Source: Promethearchaeota archaeon (lineage in GTDB: Archaea; Asgardarchaeota; Lokiarchaeia; Sigyniarchaeales; SOKP01). From it: 64,000 bases of DNA. The first letter of the stretch is position 1, and each line of letters begins with the position of its first letter. Location of the stretch: positions 1 through 64,000 of the forward strand of contig JALGVJ010000009.1 of the NCBI GenBank assembly GCA_029838195.1. Reading direction: 5' to 3'. Below, in pieces: positions 60,164 through 64,000 of this stretch. The position numbers were made by a program, and so were the translations under genes. The notes beneath the pieces were generated by a model that was given only the letters and a program-made list of their open reading frames with translations, was not told the DNA's origin and ran no database searches.

Positions 60164-60286
60164 ATGGGATTTCTTTATATTTGTATTAAATGTGGACGTC
60201 CTCATGACGTATTTCACATGAGTTCCGGAGAAATAAAAATTCGATGCATGTGTCGTTCTTGTCTCGAAAGTAAACAGCATTTTTAG
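60164..60286 (+). CDS. 40-aa zinc-finger microprotein (not in ORF track)
   Basis: MGFLYICIKCGRPHDVFHMSSGEIKIRCMCRSCLESKQHF*; two CxxC knuckles. Confidence 0.6.
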   Translation: MGFLYICIKCGRPHDVFHMSSGEIKIRCMCRSCLESKQHF

Positions 60287-60743
60287 AATGAGGTGAGATA
60301 TAATACGATAAGAATTTACAAGCTAATTTCAAATTTTAATTATTTTTTCTCTTCTCGTCTAAAACTTTTTCTCTTATTTTGATGATTTTAAAAACACGAG
60401 TTAAGTTAAAGAATAGCTTCTATGATTTCTTATAAAGTGTTATTATCATGCCTAAATAAATTAAGTGGTTGATAAAACATCCAAAAAATAAAATTTGAAA
60501 TTAATCTCAGACCCTATTATTTAGCAACATGAATAAATGGAGCACAATCATCAGTTTCTTAAAAAAAAAAAGATGAGTTAGAAACATAAAGAGAAGATTG
60601 ATTTAAAATTTAACCAGTAAGTGAGAAATTTTCTCAGTGTACTCATTTATGGAAAAACTAAAAAATTAATAAATTAACCTTCACATTCTAGACTTGATAT
60701 CTTCGATATTAAAAATTCATAATAAAAAAGAAAAGCGAAGAGA

Positions 60744-61757
60744 GTGAAAATAATGAAGAAAGTTATGATAAACGGGTTCGGGAGAATTGGACGCAATTTT
60801 TTTAGAGCAGTATGGCAGAATTGGAAAAATGACATCGAAATTGTGTATATAAATGATCTGTTTGAACCAAAATATCTGGCGTACGTGTTGAAATATGATA
60901 CAGTATTTGGAAGATTCGCGGGAAGCATTGAAGCTAAAGAAAAATCATTGATAATTGATGGCAAAGAAATTCCTGTTACTGCTGAGAGAGATCCTGCTAA
61001 TTTACCACATTCTGAAAATAATATTGATGTGGCAGTAGAATCCACGGGTTTTTTTGTTAAAAGAGATGGAGCCAAGAAGCATTTGGATGCTGGAGCTAAA
61101 AAAGTATTGATCTCTGCTCCTGCTGTCGATCCGGACATCACGGTTGTTCTTGGATGTAATGATGACAAACTGACAGATGAACATAAAATCATATCAAACG
61201 CTTCTTGTACGACTAATTGTTTGGCACCAGTAGTAAAGGTTTTGAACGATAATTTTGGAATTTCTCACGGTATAATGACGACCATTCATTCTTTAACCGG
61301 AAATCAAAAACCAGTCGATACAGCAATGGCAGGGGCTCCTATTAAGATGACTAGGGGGCGTGCTGCCGCTGCTAATTTAGTGCCAACTTCTACGGGAGCT
61401 GCTAAAGCAATTGGGCTTGTTTTCCCTGAATTGCAAGGAAGATTGGATGGCATTGCTATTCGTGCTCCTACTCTCGACGGAAGCGTGGTGGATGGTAAAT
61501 TCGTGTTAAATAAGGCTGTATCTGCGGCAGAGGTTAATGAGAAAATGAAACAGGCAGCAGAAGGTCCTTTAAAAGGTATTTTAGAATACACGGAAGATCC
61601 CATTGTAAGTTCTGATATTATTGGTAATCCCGCCAGTTCTATTTTCTGTGGAATATTTACTAATTGCATTGACAATCTCTGTTCAGTTCTAAGCTGGTAT
61701 GATAATGAATGGGGGTATTCTAACCGATTGGCAGAATTAATTGTAAAAAAATTATAA
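60744..61757 (+). CDS. gap: Class I (bacterial/eukaryotic type) glyceraldehyde-3-phosphate dehydrogenase
   Basis: INGFGRIGR, ESTG, SNASCTTNCLAP, PTSTGAAKA, WYDNEWGYS. Likely start at ATG 60753. Confidence 0.95.
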   Translation: MKIMKKVMINGFGRIGRNFFRAVWQNWKNDIEIVYINDLFEPKYLAYVLKYDTVFGRFAGSIEAKEKSLIIDGKEIPVTAERDPANLPHSENNIDVAVESTGFFVKRDGAKKHLDAGAKKVLISAPAVDPDITVVLGCNDDKLTDEHKIISNASCTTNCLAPVVKVLNDNFGISHGIMTTIHSLTGNQKPVDTAMAGAPIKMTRGRAAAANLVPTSTGAAKAIGLVFPELQGRLDGIAIRAPTLDGSVVDGKFVLNKAVSAAEVNEKMKQAAEGPLKGILEYTEDPIVSSDIIGNPASSIFCGIFTNCIDNLCSVLSWYDNEWGYSNRLAELIVKKL

Positions 61758-61850
61758 TATCATTAATTCTTTTTTTTCCTTTTCCTATTTTTCTTATTAT
61801 CAATTTCTAAAGAGATTTATCCCTTGCGTTATCTAAATGACATATTTTGA

Positions 61851-62129
61851 TTGAAATCGAGCTTCTTGCTCTTATATTTTTTCCATTCTAACAAGAGATG
61901 TTCTAGTCTAAAGTTAGATACATTGATAATTCACGTGGAAAAAGCTCATGTAGAGCATGAAGGAGCGTATCAAGCAATTAATAATTTATTTTTGAAACAT
62001 TGTTGTAAGGAAGGAGTTAAATACGTGAATGGAGAGCAAGATTTAGGAATTTCGGGAATTAGAAAAGCCAAACTTTCTTATAAACCACATCACATGGTTA
62101 AAAAATACATTATTTATAAAAAATCGTGA
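61851..62129 (+). pseudogene. C-terminal fragment of a DUF2156 (lysyl-PG synthase-like GNAT) protein
   Basis: IHVEKA...GAYQAIN...VNGEQDLGISGIRKAKLSYKP; the N-terminal two-thirds is absent. Confidence 0.7.
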
Positions 62130-62265
62130 AAATATCCTTATGAACGGATGATCTCTTCATTCTAAAACATTTATATGCTACGATTTAGATGTTTATCATG
62201 GAGATTAAAAATTAATCTAAGAAGAATTTATATTTATAAAAAAATACGGGGTATCTTGAGAAATC

Positions 62266-64000
62266 ATGAATGATCAAGAAATGCCGGAAAAAGAATCAAG
62301 CGAACCTGTCGGCAGGTTAACCGGAAAGACTACAACCCATTCGGCTACCATGCTAATTAAAGACCCAAAGGTGGGTAAGAATAATTATTTTGTATTATAT
62401 GGGCATGAGGGTAAAGAAGGCGAGCAAGAGTACTATATATTAACCGTTGAGGATATTTGGAATGATTCAGAAGGAATTAAAGCGAACGTAAAAATAATAG
62501 GAAATCGGCCTAATCGGCCTTTTGATATAGGCTCTGATGTATACCTCGCAACAGATGAACAAATTAAAAAAATATTGGGGATCGATAATCCTCCGAATCA
62601 ATCAGTCTCCTTGGGTACTCTTTTAGGGTATGATTTTAATGTTAATCTTTTAGTTAAAAAAATAGGGCGGGTTTTCATCACGGGCAAGTCCGGATCAGGA
62701 AAGAGCTACACGATGGGTGTATTATGTGAAGAATTCCTTCAAAAAGGCATACCCATCGTGATATTAGACCGTCATGGAGAGTATGGGAGTTTGAAAGTAT
62801 CAAGTGATGAATTAACACCTCTTGAAAAGGAGGAAAAGCAAGAAGTCGAGGTGGGAGAAAGGGATGAATCCGGACTCTGTCCTTGGTGTGGTTCTTCCAT
62901 TCCATTAGATGCCAAAATTTGTGAATTTTGTGGAAAAGAGCTCGTAGCGGAATTCGATAAAACATCCAACGAAGGCCAAACGCAAGAAGCCATCCACGAA
63001 AAAACGTCAGAAAAAAGGGGGTCCACCCCTCAAAAAGAAGCTTTAGAAAGTCCTTTTGTGAATAGTATCATTGAATATGCAGATCTAAAAAAGAATCGGG
63101 GTGGAGATATTGATCTTGAATATCTTTTTTCACTAGACGTGAAGGATATCGTGGCTCCCAGATTATGTACAATTGTGAACTTGCGTGGATTAGACTTGGA
63201 AGTTCAAGAACAAATCGCCGGTAAGCTTCTCAAAAAATTATATCAAGCTAGCACGGAAGGAAAAATCCCGCCATTCTACTTATTTTTAGATGAAGCCCAT
63301 TTATTTGCCGGGAAAAAAACCAGCGAAACTTCAGAAATAGTAAAACTTTTTGCTCAAGAGGGGCGAAAATTTGGTGCAAATATTATCATTGGAACTCAGA
63401 GACCCCAGCTTCTCGATACCACGATTCGAGCTCAAGCCGGAACGTGGATAGTCCATAATTTGTCGGATGTTAGAGATATCGATATCACGATTTCCAGTGC
63501 GGAAGATTTGAGTAAAGAACATAAAAACGATATTTCGGGTCTGGATAAAGGACAGGCAATTATTAGCGGAGAAGCGGTTTCCGGGATCCCTCTATTAGTG
63601 CAAGTGAGAAGAAGAAAAACTAAACACGGAGGAACTGGATTTAATCCATTGGATTTTCTTTCGGAAGAGACCATTGAAGAGCTTCAAAAGAGAAAAGAAA
63701 GGATATTAGCGAAAAAATCTTCAGAAGAATTACAAGTAGGTCGCACGATGTTTGAAGAAATGCAAAAGCCCCGGACTGTTGAAGAATCCTTGGAAGAAAT
63801 CGCTCAATTGAAAGTAAGATTGAAGGAATTGGAAGAAGAAAATGACATGCTAAAAGCAAAATGTAATGAATTAGAACGGAAAACGCCCGCCGGATCCATT
63901 AGTTCCAGGGCAGAAAACGAAAAAATAAAGGAATTACAGACCCAGATAAAAGTATGGCAAGAAAAATATAATCATTTAAAAAAATCCATGGAAACCTCGG
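62266..64000 (+). CDS. HerA/FtsK-family (DUF87) ATPase with Zn-ribbon insert and coiled-coil tail; partial
   Basis: ATG 62266, open to the window end (missed by track). HAS-like N-terminus, GKSGSGKS, LDRHGEY, CPWC..CEFC, LDEAH, EGRKFG, TQRP, KHGG. Confidence 0.88.
   Translation, partial: MNDQEMPEKESSEPVGRLTGKTTTHSATMLIKDPKVGKNNYFVLYGHEGKEGEQEYYILTVEDIWNDSEGIKANVKIIGNRPNRPFDIGSDVYLATDEQIKKILGIDNPPNQSVSLGTLLGYDFNVNLLVKKIGRVFITGKSGSGKSYTMGVLCEEFLQKGIPIVILDRHGEYGSLKVSSDELTPLEKEEKQEVEVGERDESGLCPWCGSSIPLDAKICEFCGKELVAEFDKTSNEGQTQEAIHEKTSEKRGSTPQKEALESPFVNSIIEYADLKKNRGGDIDLEYLFSLDVKDIVAPRLCTIVNLRGLDLEVQEQIAGKLLKKLYQASTEGKIPPFYLFLDEAHLFAGKKTSETSEIVKLFAQEGRKFGANIIIGTQRPQLLDTTIRAQAGTWIVHNLSDVRDIDITISSAEDLSKEHKNDISGLDKGQAIISGEAVSGIPLLVQVRRRKTKHGGTGFNPLDFLSEETIEELQKRKERILAKKSSEELQVGRTMFEEMQKPRTVEESLEEIAQLKVRLKELEEENDMLKAKCNELERKTPAGSISSRAENEKIKELQTQIKVWQEKYNHLKKSMETS

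Noticed and set aside
60098-60280. 60-aa minus-strand ORF
   Set aside because: The opposite strand encodes a more convincing CxxC/CxxC microprotein (60164..60286).
3909-63859. Numerous 60-195 aa antisense or overlapping ORFs in the track (e.g. 5277..5708, 33171..33758, 58408..58917, 60674..61192, 62678..63859)
   Set aside because: They are shadows of well-supported genes on the opposite strand or another frame, with no motifs.

Overview
AT-rich archaeal window, most likely Asgard/Lokiarchaeia, inferred from Rag-, Arf- and Rab-like small GTPases, longin/roadblock/uDENN-like domains, a eukaryote-type SECIS, and GGTGA/GAGG Shine-Dalgarno motifs. All calls come from reading motifs by eye; no searches were run. 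(1) ~0.15-13.3 kb: a signalling island interleaving a cytoplasmic two-component set with Rag/Gtr-type GTPases. The two-component genes are two PAS histidine kinases, a DivK-like and an atypical receiver, and an RHH-HisKA-REC protein. The GTPases are three intact Rag-like genes, one decayed copy and one truncated Arf/Rag-like gene. A uDENN/longin-like domain fused to a His-less pseudo-HisKA domain could physically bridge the two machineries. This island is the best candidate for an undescribed system. (2) 16.6-43.3 kb: catabolic and membrane genes (GPH-type MFS transporters, hydrolases, SDRs including a KDSR-like one, GH36-like, GH63-like, GH172/DUF2961, Asp-box propeller) plus a Rab-like GTPase. 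(3) 43.4-59.1 kb: RapA-like SNF2 ATPase, QueG/RdhA-like Fe-S protein, tungsten AOR with ferredoxin, a longin protein, and an hdrA-mvhD-fdhB-like-polyferredoxin operon. hdrA and mvhD each contain two in-frame UGA (selenocysteine) codons and are followed by one eukaryote-like SECIS; the ORF track splits both genes. A sharp C-rich to G-rich strand-skew switch around an AT-rich tract at ~54.3 kb may mark a replication origin. (4) 59-64 kb: sulfotransferase, a 40-aa zinc-finger microprotein, class I GAPDH, a DUF2156 remnant and a HerA-like ATPase running off the end. No rRNA, tRNA or CRISPR array was recognised.
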